A stretch of 63,362 bases of DNA, counting the filler, from Cercozoa sp. M6MM (Eukaryota > Protista > Endomyxa: Ascetosporea), in the NCBI GenBank assembly GCA_040357565.1. It is 9 parts of 9 records of this genome, joined end to end, with 100 filler letters (N's around TTAATTAATTAA, not from the genome) between each part and the next. Parts side by side here need not be neighbours in the genome. Positions count along the whole stretch, not along the records: positions 7,869 to 18,118 come from JBDODJ010000452.1; positions 18,219 to 22,826 come from JBDODJ010001097.1; positions 22,927 to 24,392 come from JBDODJ010002019.1; 6 more parts are not named here. One strand, written 5' to 3'. The number at the start of each line of letters is the position of its first letter. Within the stretch, counting starts at the first letter, position 1. Position numbers and translations under genes: made by a program. The notes beneath the pieces were generated by a model that saw nothing but the letters and a program-made list of their open reading frames with translations, did no database searches and was not told where the DNA came from. This document shows positions 10,721 to 22,977 of this stretch, piece after piece.

Positions 10721-12743
10721 TCATGCAGTACAAGAGTGTAGCAACGATAGCATGGGAAGAGGCGAGAACAAGGGAGAGGATACTCCAGTGGCATCTCGCA
10801 GAGTGCAGGCAGTCGCAAGCCCCCTGCCGTTCTTCTGTTTCGGCTCGTCATGTGGCAACAATGGCTCCTGCAGTCGCTCTTCCAACAGCTCCAACAGTCT
10901 ACCCAGAGAGCAAGGTGTCACACAGCATTAAAAAGGCAAATAGCCCGGGACTGGACTGAAGCAAAGTCACCCTTCCACGAGAGGCTTGGCCAGAGCGTCG
11001 TGCTGCCCGAGCAGCAGGTCGGCGGCTACGTCGCGCGGCGTCTGTCGCAGCAGCACCTCCAGCAGTCGTTCGGCGCTCCGCCACATGCGGTCACGCGACG
11101 GCTGGGCCGCGTGGAAGGTGCGTCTGCACAGTGTGACCAGTGTGATTGGTGACCGGTGCGACTGATGATCCCACTAGCCCCAGGTGAATACGAGTACCGC
11201 GCAATCTCCATCGAAGCGAACACGAGCGACGAGGCCGTCTTCAGTCGCATGCGCGCAAAGCGAGACATCACGGCGATCTCGTCGCGCGGACTGTCCTCGC
11301 TCGGCGCCTTCTCCTGCAGCTGCGTGTCCTCGCGCAGTACCTCCGACCAGTGCAGGTCGCCGTCCTCGTCGCCGTAGCTCCACTGCCGGTCGGGTGCGTC
11401 CAGTCCGCTCGCAAGTATGGACGATGACTCGACTCGGCACTGACCTGCCAGTGCTTCCGCTGCTGAGGCAGAGGTGGCTTTCGTTGCCGGCAAGGCTGCT
11501 CGCAAGTGCGCGTCGTCGCGCGCCCGCTCAAGCAGTCGCCGGCCGCGAGCCAGCACGGTGCCTTTCCTGAGAGCAACGATAGCGTCTTCATCCACCTCGC
11601 CGAGTGCTGTGTGCGAAAGTTTGCGCAGCTTGGTGACAGCCATCATGCACAGTGCCACCGACAGCAGTGAGAACACGATCGCTATCAGCAGAGGCCAGGC
11701 ACTGCGCAGACTCAGGCAGTACCTTACCACTTGCAAGTATCATTCCTCTAAAGTAGTTCCTACATGTTGCGCTTGCGAGTGTCAGGAGGTGCCGTTGTAT
11801 CCTCTTCAGAAGCTGCAAGGTCATCGACTTCGAGCGGCACATCGAAAGGTGCACGCAGCGCCGACACTCTATTTGAGCAGACAAAGAAAACTCTGTTCAG
11901 TTGCGCCTGATGACTCAAATCTTGCCGAATAAGAAAGTCAAGTTTGCAATACCTTTCACATAGCAACGGAATCAGACACCAGAGTGCTGCAGCCAGTAAA
12001 CACAGTGTCATGAGAGGCACCGTGCTGGGAAGCACCACCTGCAACAGACCCGCGCGGCAATTGGAAAATACAAAACAAGTATCAGAGGCAAAAATTCTCA
12101 GCACCTGTTTGATGTAAGCTGACACATTGAAGCGCAGCTCAGCTTGTGAAACCAGAAGGTGCCCGACGGCCTGCTTGGCCACACGGCGCTTCGACATGCC
12201 GGAGTCACGCCACTCGACTTCAAACTGCTCTTGCTTCGTTGTTCTCGTCTTAAATCCGGAGACACGGTATGCCACCTAAAATCATGTGTTCCACATGAAA
12301 GGCCCGTATTGACGTGTGAAATTTTGAACAAGTTCGTCACAAAGCGATCCACCCCAAGCTCGGCATCGCCTCAAGAAAGCGTGGTCACTCACCTGGGCTA
12401 CTGTCACGATCCTGGATACCAAAGGGTCAAGGTTTTAGGTGGAGCGCACGCCCGTCGTTTCAGGTTGACCTTGGAAGTCTGGCTGTGCGAAAAAGCCGAG
12501 CTCGCCCAGATTGCGCATTGTCAACAAGACCACACCTCGCGCTGGCACGCGCCCGAACTTAAGTTGCACGTTGAGTTGCACCAAAACCCTAATGCCCTAG
12601 TTTCAGTGGCTTTTGGTGATAAGCGCTCATGGCAGGAACAAACTTAAGTCCACAACCTGAGTTTCAGTTTTTACTTGCTGAGGACTGCTTTGAGCAGGAT
12701 CCGGTATCACCCACCAGTCGTAAGAGAGAACGTCACAATACAT
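10721..12743 (-). CDS. Hypothetical membrane protein, multi-exon (ends approximate)
   Basis: Exons with two hydrophobic segments (VVLPSTVPLMTLCLLAAALWCLIPLL; AWPLLIAIVFSLLSVALCMMAV) separated by GT-AG introns. Confidence 0.5.
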
Positions 12744-13198
12744 GCGTGCTGTGTTGGCAGATGCTGCGGATACCAAAGCCCAAAGCGCTAGTTACTGATT
12801 TCGGTAGAATTTGCAGTCAGCGCGGATCCGGGAAAAATACGCAAAATGCGTTTTTACTCGTTTCTTTTGGAAGCGAAGAGAAAACGTTCGTTACGCCTTC
12901 ACTGAGCTCCAAGTGATCGGAAGAAGAGCACAGGTGCGTTTTTGCAGACCGAGAGGTGCTCAGCGTCAACTGACAAGCGTTTCAGCAGCAAGAGGGTTGG
13001 ATTCGCCTTTTCCAAAGATCATCAACTCAGTTCGCACTCAGTTGCGAGTCGAATTCCTGTCTCATGAGTCGTCCAGGTACTGTGAACGAATATATAACTG
13101 TGAGATCAGTGTGTCAGCTTTTTGTTTTTTGTTTTATGCGAGCTGTGACCCCAGTTTGTGTGATTCATTGAGCGTTTGCACTTCCAGTGAACTACGTC

Positions 13199-14248
13199 AT
13201 GGTCTACCAAATGCCGCAGCAGTTGGCGCAGCAGCGACAGCAGCAATTTTTCCAACAACAGCAACAGCAACGGCAACAACAGCTGCAACAGCAACAGCAA
13301 CAGCACCGACAGCAAGGACAGCAACAGCAACAGCCACGTCTGCAACAGCAACAGCAGCTGCAACAGCTGCAACATCAGCAGCACCAGCAGCAGTACTTTG
13401 TGCGCCGTGGTGTGCCGCAGTACATGCCAATGATGATGCCGGTACTTTGACTACTTTGTGAGAGCCGTCAAGTGCATTTGTGTATGTCTATGGTTTGTGC
13501 AGGGCCGTGTGCCAGTGGTGATGTCCAAGGTGCAGAACACGCTGGCTGCTCATGTGCCAGTGTCCACGGTGAATACGTCGGCGGCACCGTGCAGTGCTGG
13601 CGCTCAGACGCAGCAGGTGCGCACGCAAACGCCGACGCAGCCTCAAGAACCAGGCCCTGGCTTGGCACCACGCGGCTTGTCACCTAGAGGACCGGCGACA
13701 CAGGCCGTGCGAACAACGACGCCGCGTGGAGTTCCTGCGCAGCACGTGCAGGCACCGACACCCATCACGGCCAGTGTGCCGATGGTCAGTCCGCAGCACT
13801 TATCGCTCAGTGCCAAGTTGGGTAGCTTTTGCTTCGTCTTCCTGTCGTGTTGTTGGTACAGTACTGTTATTGTTCCTCCGTGTAGACGTCTCGCGTTGGA
13901 CCGTACGACATGCACGCGAAGAGCAGCGTCTGCGCGCACTGGCCAAGGCGCACGCACAGCAGCTTGCCGTCATCTCGCAGAAGTACAGCAGGCTCCTCAT
14001 CTACCTCCTTCTCCAACAGGCTATCTTAATCTTCTATCTGTGCCTTTGTCTGTGTAACAGACTGCGCTACATGCTGTCGATAAAGCGCCGCGTGCTGGAG
14101 AGAAAGGAGGCCGTGGCTGCCGACGAAACTTCGCTCTCGTCGACATCGAGTGTGCCGCCGCAGCCGCCTCGCAAGCGGCGTCGTGTCGTCCAACAACAAG
14201 CTCAACAACTGCAACAGCAACAACAACAGCAACAACAACAGCAACAGC

Positions 14249-14294
<46 letters not shown>

Positions 14295-14830
14295 GCATCA
14301 ACAACAGCCCCAACAGCCTCAGCAACCGCCTCAGCAGAACGCACCACGTGTGCAGGTCCGCGTGCGAGTCGACAGCGACAGCGAGGAGAGTGACACGTCT
14401 CGACCGCCGAGTGTGCCTCCTTCGGAAGACGAGCAGCGCATTCAGGCACTCCTGGCGCAGCTCTCTGTGTTCCAGTAGACTCTACTATCCCCTCTCCCCT
14501 CCTGTCTTTGTGCAGCTAAAGTATGCCACTTGTTACAGCACACCACGCAACATGCTGCTGCGCTCAATCGCTGAGGACACGGTGCGTCAGTCGAAGAAGG
14601 TGCAAAAGCAACCCAGTTCTAGTGATGAGAATCCCGACCGCGACGCCGCCAACACTGACGACATCGACTTGCTTTTCTCTGATCCCGACACTGACAGTCA
14701 GGTGCAGCACCAGCGCACTTCTCCTTCTCAGAGTTCCTCGGCCAGTACGTCCCGCAAAACGGCTGCGCCGATGCCCGCACTGCCCCCTGCTGCGCAGTCG
14801 ACACGCACGAACACGATGCCAACTGACTGA
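13199..14830 (+). CDS. Glutamine-rich low-complexity protein with two polyQ tracts and basic NLS-like PRKRRR
   Basis: CAA/CAG tracts at ~13216-13393 and ~14191-14310 in frame; spliceable through to MPTD-stop at 14830. Confidence 0.65.
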
Positions 14831-15335
14831 GTCTTCGTTTCCTTAGTGTTTCTTTCAGTTCTTGTCAGTGTAGCTAGGTGCTGGCCCATGACACGGCAAG
14901 TTTAGACAATTATGAATTCACTTGATGCCATAAGCTTACCTAGTTATCTAGGCATACTCGATCGTGGGCCTCTTGGCTATGATCAAATGTAGTTTCTGTT
15001 CTTAATCTTGTAACAAAGATTAGCAGTCCTTCGTGACTGTCATTTCTGTTACTCACTGTTTGCGGTGATAGTCGGGTGTGTCGATGGCTTGCCACAGCAC
15101 CCGGCGCGCATGGCACCTGGCTCACACTGCCCCAGGTCTCGCCGTGTCACTCCCCTTTCTTTTTTGGTTTTCTTTTGTTTCCGGGGGCTGTGGTCAGGGT
15201 TTGTGGTCAACCAGTACGGGTAAGCCATCCATCCGCGAGGAGCTGACCCAGGAATTTAGATCTGAGTCATCAGACTCGTCTTTGCGCTCCCCCATTGCTA
15301 CAGCGCCCAAGAGCTTTAATTTGAGCTAATCTCAC

Positions 15336-17614
15336 ATGGATTCACCTTTGCAAGATGTTCTCGCTTCGGTGCGAACACAACTTCAAGATAGGTTCAAGCG
15401 CGATGTTTCCTCGGGAATGAAGACGTTGCAGTGCTTTCTTGAGAGCACGTATGATGTGCTAAAAGCCCGGACGCTCAAATCTGAAGCTGAAACCCAAGAA
15501 GAACCCCACTTGTCTCGCTCCGAGTGTACCCAGTTGATCTTGGGTATTTACTCGTATGCATTTTCTTCAGCTTGTGCATCGCTTTGCTGCATAAACCGTG
15601 TTTTGCAGTTGAAATAGTCCTTAGTAAAAATCGCGTGTTTCTGAGTATGAAAGAGATGGCAAAAATCTTCCAAGAACTTCAAACCGCAGACGAGAAAATG
15701 TCTGTGCGCTCTTTCGTCGAAGCCTTGCGTCCGACTCTGTCCGCCGACGAGCTCACTGGTTTGTGTGGTCCTGTTGTGTTTTCATTCTCATCTCGGGTTG
15801 GTGCTATACTGTAATGGCAGCGATTCGACAACGATTCGAACGCCTCGACACTTCTGCGAATGGGCAAGTGGAGTTGGGGGAGTTTTTGAACGACCACACG
15901 GACGAAGAGGCAGAAACCGCAATCAAGCGAATCCTTGCTTGGGAGGGCGTCGAAGACCAAATTGTGACATGGGAGGCGTACAAGCTCTACATGCAGGTAT
16001 CGCTGTACCTGTCAAGTGGACGAGAGACTGATTCCAGAGCTACAGGAAGTACGGGCGGCCGTAGAGCACGAACCTTTCTCTGTGTTCGCAAAGGTAAGAT
16101 GACTGTACTGCATCTGTTTTCGATCCAGCCGTTTCAAGTTTCGGCCGCTGGAAAATTAGGAGCACTTTCGCGAGAAGATCGACTTCAGTATGGCGCCTGA
16201 GTTCGTTCGGTTGCGAAACATCATATCGGAAAAACTACAGTTCGACACCCGCCCTGCTTCCACGTATAGCTCAGGCCTTTCGATTTTTCGATGCCGACAA
16301 CGACGGATTTATCGATTTTCACGAGGTACCGCACGTAACACATGATTACTGCACTAAACTTACTCCCCACGTTTTATTTAGTTCACACGAGGAGTTGAGA
16401 AGTGCAGGGTCTCACTTTCGCTGGACGAGCTCCGAGTTGTGTTTCACTATTTTGACAAGGTAAACCTCCACCACCAGCATACAAATTTATAATCTTGAGC
16501 TTGCCAATCTATAAAGCCAAAGACTGGAATAAATTTACAGGATCACAACGAGAAGCTCCACATTCCAGAGTTCATTGATTTCATGTTCCCTCATGTGGAA
16601 CACCCCAACAATGCAATGCACCGCGAACGTGACGCGGAGAATTGGGCCGCTTTTCAGCAGGGATTGAAACCACTGGCCATCTTCTTGGTAAATTCATCGA
16701 GACTGACCAGTTTTGCAGCCGTTGGGTTTTAATGGCTGTGTGTTATATTTTAGATTGGAGGTCCGGGCTCGGGGAAGGGCACTCAAAGTGGTAACTTCGG
16801 TTGCAGTAAATTTACCCATGTGGCTGTTGTTGCCAGTCCAGTACGCGACGTCTGCCCATGAATCCGTGTTGTACATGCTACAGAGATGTGTTTGCGAGAC
16901 TACGAAAACATCGAGCACGTTTCTACCGGTGATTTGCTCCGCAGCGAGATCGCTGCCAAGACAGCGTTGGGAAAGCAGATCCAAAAGACAGTGGACGAAG
17001 GCTTGTTGGTCGATGATCGCTCGATGGTGTCGCTGGTGAAGAAGCACATCTTTACACGGTTCTCCACAGTAACAAAATGCTGTCACAACTCAAAATATCA
17101 CTCGTGAGTTTGCCCTGTTTTGGTTGCAGAAGGACAAGAGTGTCTTCTTGGTTGATGGGTTCCCACGAAGTCGTGGAAATCTCCAGGCTTGGAAAGAGCA
17201 CGTAGGCAACTCCATCTTTGTCGCGGCGGTTCTCAACTACTCCTGTCCGCTCGAAGAACTAAAGGTACAGTGATCGCTCCAGAATCCGTGTCAATCTGAT
17301 CATCGCATCCATTAAGCTCAGAATCGCATCATGGGACGTGCGCTTCAAGCAGAGCAGGTACGCTCTGATGATAACGAAGAAACCGTCTCGAAGCGCTTCG
17401 ACGTGTTTGAGAAGAAAACGCGCGTTGTTCTCGATTACTTGGAGGAGAATTCGATATACCCCGTTGTACGTTGTCTTTTGTTTCGGGGGGGGGGGGGACC
17501 TATTGTTCTACATGTGCTGTAAAACAGGTCAACATTGACGCAAGCAAATCTCCAAATGCCGTATACATGGAAACCCTACGTGTGGTCAACAGCATTCTGT
17601 CACCGGAGGAATGA
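15336..17614 (+). CDS. EF-hand domain + adenylate/UMP-CMP kinase fusion
   Basis: EF-hand loops DTSANGQVELGE, DADNDGFIDFHE, DK|DHNEKLHIPE followed in frame by IGGPGSGKGTQ, HVSTGDLLRSE, FLVDGFPR, RSDDNEETVSKR; stop at 17612-17614. Confidence 0.9.
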
Positions 17615-17849
17615 AGAAGGGTGGCCCCAGTCGAAACAGAACAGGACAAACTCCAACTAAACTTATATTTTAAGTGAAGCAAGCTGAAAATGGGTAATAG
17701 AAAGTTCCCCCGCGGCCCGGCCCGTACGAGCGTATGAAAAGGACCGGCGTTTCGTACTTCGAAACTGCTCGCAGTTGCGGGAGAACTTCGCGCACTGATT
17801 CGAAAATAAAAACTGCACGGCGTTCGCGAAGCACGACTATCGTCTTACT

Positions 17850-18118
17850 GTGCAACCGAGCCCTCGGGTGTACGGGTGTACGATGTAGCTCATAGTTCAA
17901 TATGCTTATACGTAGCCAGGCTCCTCGTCCTGGTAAGAATGGTACAGGTAGCACTCGAAAGCATCTTCGCAAAAGAAAAACTGAGTGGCAGTACAGTTTG
18001 GTCAAGAGAGCGAACTCCAGCAAGTGGCTTAAAAACATCAAAGAAGCGCTCTCTTGACCAGGTACTGATGCCATCAGTTGACTCGCTTTTCAGTTTTATT
18101 GGTCCCGTCGCTTCGCAA
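17850..18118 (+). pseudogene. Possible decayed hAT-superfamily transposase fragment
   Basis: Intronless, frameshifted pieces VRCSS*FNML..ARLLVL..VQVAL and WLKNIKEALS*PGTDAIS*L resemble hAT TRWxSxYxMLxRLLxL and WxxxxxxxxxLxPxxxAxxxL; at contig end. Confidence 0.35.
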
Positions 18119-18222
18119 NNNNNNNNNNNNNNNNNNNNNNNNNNNNNNNNNNNNNNNNNNNNTTAATTAATTAANNNNNNNNNNNNNNNNNNNNNNNNNN
18201 NNNNNNNNNNNNNNNNNNAAGC

Positions 18223-19351
18223 CTACAGGAGCATCTCATGCTTGCGCTGCATGCGACGCAGCAGTTTCTGCTTGCGCGCCTCGAACTCGGCCTGCTCGTC
18301 GCCGGCCGTCTGCGCCAGCACCATGCCAAAGTGCGACAACTGCTTGCTGTGCGCAAAGCTCAGCTGCGCCGCCGCTTGCGACACCAGTTCCTGTCCCAAC
18401 CAATAAATAAACAAAGAGATACAGGGGGGGGGGGGGTAAAGGGGCGGGGGTATGACATGACACACCTGCAGCGACCGCTGCTCGAACGCGATGCGTTTCT
18501 GCTCCTTGTTGTGCGTGCTCACCAGTGCCTCCATCTCTGTCCAGTCAGGGAGGAAGGAAGTTAAAGGGGGAAGGAAGGGCAAAGGAGGAGGTAAAGGAGA
18601 AGGTAAAGAGGGGCAAAGCGGTACCATCACGAGTGGATGACGACGAGAGAACGCGACGCGCACGGACGTGCAGCCACTGCTGCGCTCTACAGACACACGG
18701 GTAGGGGGTAAAGGGGTTGGAGGTAGAAGGTAGGGGGGATGGGGTAAAAGGGTACAAAGGTAGGGGGATGGGGTAAAAGGGTACAAAGGTAGGGCAAAGA
18801 AACATAAGAGATTGGCTACAGTCGCGAGGCGGCCCATTGCCGACGCAGCTTGCCGTACTCGTGTTCCTGGGGGGGGGGGCTAAGGTAGGAAGGGGTAGGG
18901 GGTAAAAGAGGCCACACCTCCTGACGCAGGGCGAGAATGAGTCGCTGAACTTCGACGTCGCTCGCGTCGGCGAATTTTTCGCCCGGCGCTGCCTTCACCG
19001 GCAGCTCGACCTCTGGAGGTCATAGGGGGTTACAGGGGGAACGGGGGGGGGGGGACAAGGGAGGTACCCGCCTCCTGCAGAGCATCCAGCATGGTCTGCG
19101 TCTGAGCTCGCTCGCGCTTGGCCTAAAAGAGACCTGTTTGTTGACACTGGGCAGACACAGCGATGCAGGCACAAGGCACCTCGACATCGACACGCGTCTC
19201 GCGCAGCGGAGTCGCCGACACTGTCACCGGCTCCTCCTGTCACCAGCACTAGTCGAACACAGTGAATAGGACACACAGGACACACCTCAGGCAGAGGCGG
19301 CACTGGCGACTGCAAGACCTGCTCAAAAACACATCGATACAGACGGCACAC
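18223..19351 (-). CDS. Hypothetical coiled-coil protein, partial
   Basis: Exons such as EKFADASDVEVQRLILALRQE, EMEALVSTHNKEQKRIAFEQRSLQ, EFEARKQKLLRRMQRKHEML separated by C-tract introns. Confidence 0.55.
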
Positions 19352-19728
19352 AAACTTGGCTAAAGGTCAACACACGCCTGCCTCGGCTTCCTCAACGTGC
19401 TCCAAAACGGCACTTTCTGTCATCCTGCAGGACACATGGTATGCTACAGATTGCATGCACACATGCACACTGCACACCGCATGCTAACGCCACACCTGGA
19501 AAGCAGATTTCTGGCACACTGCCCGCCAGTAGTGCTTGCCTAGTGCTCCCTAACCTATGCACTCCACTACACACGCGTAGCTAGCTGATCACGCGATGAA
19601 TCTCTTTTCGTCCGTTATCTGGTACAGTTGGACTGATGGACCCAGACGATTCATCACTATCGAGATTATAATTAAATCTGTGCCACAAGCCCCACGAATT
19701 AAGCCCGATCCGAGCAATGGTCGGATCG

Positions 19729-22700
19729 TCAGTCAAATCGGAAGAGCTGAATTCCGGCACCCACGAAAGCTGTGGCACACAGGAATAAATATGCAAAGCA
19801 GCGCATGTACGCGCTCAGAGTCCAGTACCAGTCAGTGCGGCGCCAGTCGGCGTTCGGTGCGCGCACAGGGCCGAGGCGTCGGCAACGCTGGACAAAGCAC
19901 GTGACACTGGTCGGAAGACGCCGTCTACCTGGTGATCCGATTCCGGGTGCCGCCAGTCGCTTAGTTGCTGCAGTGGTTCAGTCAGTGGCGGTTCAGCGTT
20001 GTCATCCGCGCGGACGGTGACGCTGAAGTCGCGTGCGTGCCGAGCGAGCGAGACGCGCCAGTGCGTGACGCGCTGATCGGTGCTGCCAGTGAAGACACTG
20101 AGGACAGAGGGGTCCGGGTCAGCGACGACATCGACACCGACGAGTGAGCTGCCATGTGCCAGTGCGTGGGTCACCAGTCGCCACTCGGTGGTCACTCGGC
20201 GCGTGTCGGTGTGGCAGGAGAAACGCACACGTGCCACGCAGAGTCGTTGGTCGTCGCCGCCCGTGGCCAGCACGAGCGTGCCGTCGTCGCAGTGCCGCAC
20301 GCGCAGACAGTTGACGCCCGACTGGTGCAGCTGCACACGTGCCACGCGACGCACCGTCACTCCTGTGGCACCTTCTTGACTGGCACCGTCTTGACTGGCA
20401 CCGTCTTGATTGATACCATCTTGATTGATACCATCCTGATTGATGCCGTCTTGACCGTCGCTGCACTTGAAGTTGGACACGAGCGACAGCACGACGCAAC
20501 CGTCGGTGGCTCCCGTGATCACGAGCAAGTTTTCTCCCACTGGGGGGGGGGGGTAAGAGAGGTACAGTAACGGGTAGGACACAGGGTTACACCGAACGAC
20601 GTCGCACGCCAGGATGGGCGACGTGTGTTGCTCCCAGTGCGTCAACTAGAGTACACATGGCATGTACACAAGTGTACATATAGCATAGCTGAGTCAGCAT
20701 CCTACAGAGTCCCGAAAGAACAGGACTACCTCGCGCATGCCGGCAAGTTGCACATTGTCGTCGCTGCGAGTGGCACGTGCGTGCAATGCGGCCGCATCAC
20801 TGCGCAGCAGACGCAGCACGCCGGCCGAGTTGCCGGCCACCACGAGCGACTCGCGGTCGCACGCGACTGCCGCTACTGCCGTCACTCGCAGGTCCTATCG
20901 GCAGGGGATAGGGGGTATGTAGAGAGGTGGGGAATGGGGAGTAAACGCGCCCACCACATGCTGCTTGCGCTGCTGCATGAGTTGCTGCGTGTGTAGCCAC
21001 CACTTGCCACGCCGCTCCTGCTGTCGCACGTGCCGACTGGCGCGCCACGTGCCCCTCAGTCCTTCGGCACCGTCTATCACGCACACGTCGAACACGTGCA
21101 CCGACTCCTTGGCGCCACCGGCCACCAGGCGCACCTGGACACATGGGGTAAAGGGAGGGGGGGGGTAGGAGCAGGTCAAGCTACCTGACCAGCCGACACG
21201 ACATGCGCGCACAGACATCGCAACGGCAGTCGCACGTGCGACGGTTGCTCCAGTCGCAGCACGTGCTCAGTGCGATCACCAGTGCGATCACCAGTGCGAT
21301 CATTGGTACCAGTGACCAGTCGCACGTGCACGGCGGCGTCTTCGGAACACGTGGCCAGTAGTGTTGCTCCCGACTCTGTGCGCGTCAGTGTTACTCCCTG
21401 TCACCCACACACACACACCGTCACGTGTCCACGTGTCCAGTGGGCCACGTGTCAAGTGGACCACGTGTCAAGTGGGGGCAAATGACCCAGCGTACCCTGA
21501 CCTGCAGTGCGTGACCCGGGCTCATGTTGCCTCGGTGCGGCAGCAGCGTCACGGCGTGCCGCTGCACCGCGCAGCCGCGTTTGGCGTCCGCGTACACTGC
21601 GCAGGGCACCGTCACATGTTTACCCCCCTTCTTACCCCTCCTTACCCCCAGTGTAGCCTCCGTACCAAAGAGCGCAGTGTCGTCGCACACGCTGATGTCG
21701 AAGGGTCGGCGTGCACCGCCGATGTTGAGTCGCATGTGCGTGTACTGTGCACTCAGGTAACATCGGCACCGTTAAAGGCAGGGAGAGAAAGGTTACCCGA
21801 GTGTCGACGTCGAACAGAAACACGTCGTCGCGTGCAAAGCCAAGTACCAACCTGTCTGTCCAACCAGACATACAGGTGTCTTAACACCAAACAAAGCACC
21901 CCCTTAACCAAGGGTACCTCCGAAACGGTGCACCGACGTCAGCGGCGTCGTCGACACGTGACGCATTCTGACACCGGGGAGGGGGGTAAAGAGGTTACAG
22001 AGGGGGTAAAAAGGGGGCTAAAGAGGGGGTAAAGCAGGGCTAAAGAGGGAGTAAAGAGGGGTGGTAAAGATGGGTATAGAGGGGGAGGGTAAGGGGGGTA
22101 AAGAAGGAGGCTACGGCAGCAGACGGTAGTGCCGGTCGACGAGACAGAGACGGTGGCGCAGCAACTGACCGGTGCGGCCACTCGAGTGCACGACGGTCTG
22201 CGCACCGTGCCTGAGGCAGCGCACGTGTTCGACGCGCGAGGTGCCATGTGCGTGCGCCGGGTAGTACGGCTGCACCGTCAGTGTCTCGACAGTGGCACCG
22301 TCAGTGCACGTGCCAGTGGCCCAGTGAGGCACGTGGTAGACGTAGAGTGCGCCACGTGTGTCGCCCAGCACCAGGAAGGACGCGCACAGCGAGGCGCACG
22401 CCAGCGACGACTTGGTCGGCAGGCGCAGTCGCTGTCGCACCGACGGTTTCGCCGACGGCGACGGTTCCACTGACGGTGACGGTTCCACTGACGGTGACGG
22501 TTGCAGTGACCACACCACGCACGTGTTGTCCCTGCCGTTGCTGATGACGTAGCCCTCACCGTCGTCAGTCTCACAGGTATCATCACCGTCAGTGACGGTG
22601 CCGTTGTCGACCACGTGCGACAGTGCCACGACGCCGCAGTCGGCGTAGGCTTGCCACTCGCGTCGCACCGTCACTGCGCCCTGCACATGTGCCCCCCTTC

Positions 22701-22797
22701 TTACCCCCCACCTAACCCCCTACCTTATCCTCTTTACCCCCGCTACCTTATGAGACACGACGTGGACGATGCGGCCGTTTCGAGAGCCGAAAAAGAC
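19729..22797 (-). CDS. WDR6: WD40-repeat protein WDR6/Trm734(Rtt10)-like, C-terminal part
   Basis: VAGGAKESV, VITGATDGCV, LHQSGVNCL, LATGGDDQRL, AHGSSLVGV, TGSTDQRVTHW, SVADASAL, final exon FVGAGIQLFRFD-stop. Confidence 0.78.
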
Positions 22798-22926
22798 CTA
22801 GAAACGGGGGGGGGGGGGAAAGGGGGNNNNNNNNNNNNNNNNNNNNNNNNNNNNNNNNNNNNNNNNNNNNTTAATTAATTAANNNNNNNNNNNNNNNNNN
22901 NNNNNNNNNNNNNNNNNNNNNNNNNN

Positions 22927-22975
<49 letters not shown>

Positions 22976-22977
22976 AG

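Noticed and set aside
10850-11152. Plus-strand Q-rich ORF MWQQWLLQ..
   Set aside because: Antisense shadow of exons of the minus-strand gene
14889-15149. MITE bounded by TGACACGGC / GCCGTGTCA
   Set aside because: Only a 9-bp inverted repeat, no TSD, single copy
16160-16330. Programmed frameshift in the EF-hand/kinase gene
   Set aside because: Resolved by an ordinary 31-40 nt GT-AG intron ending at 16240
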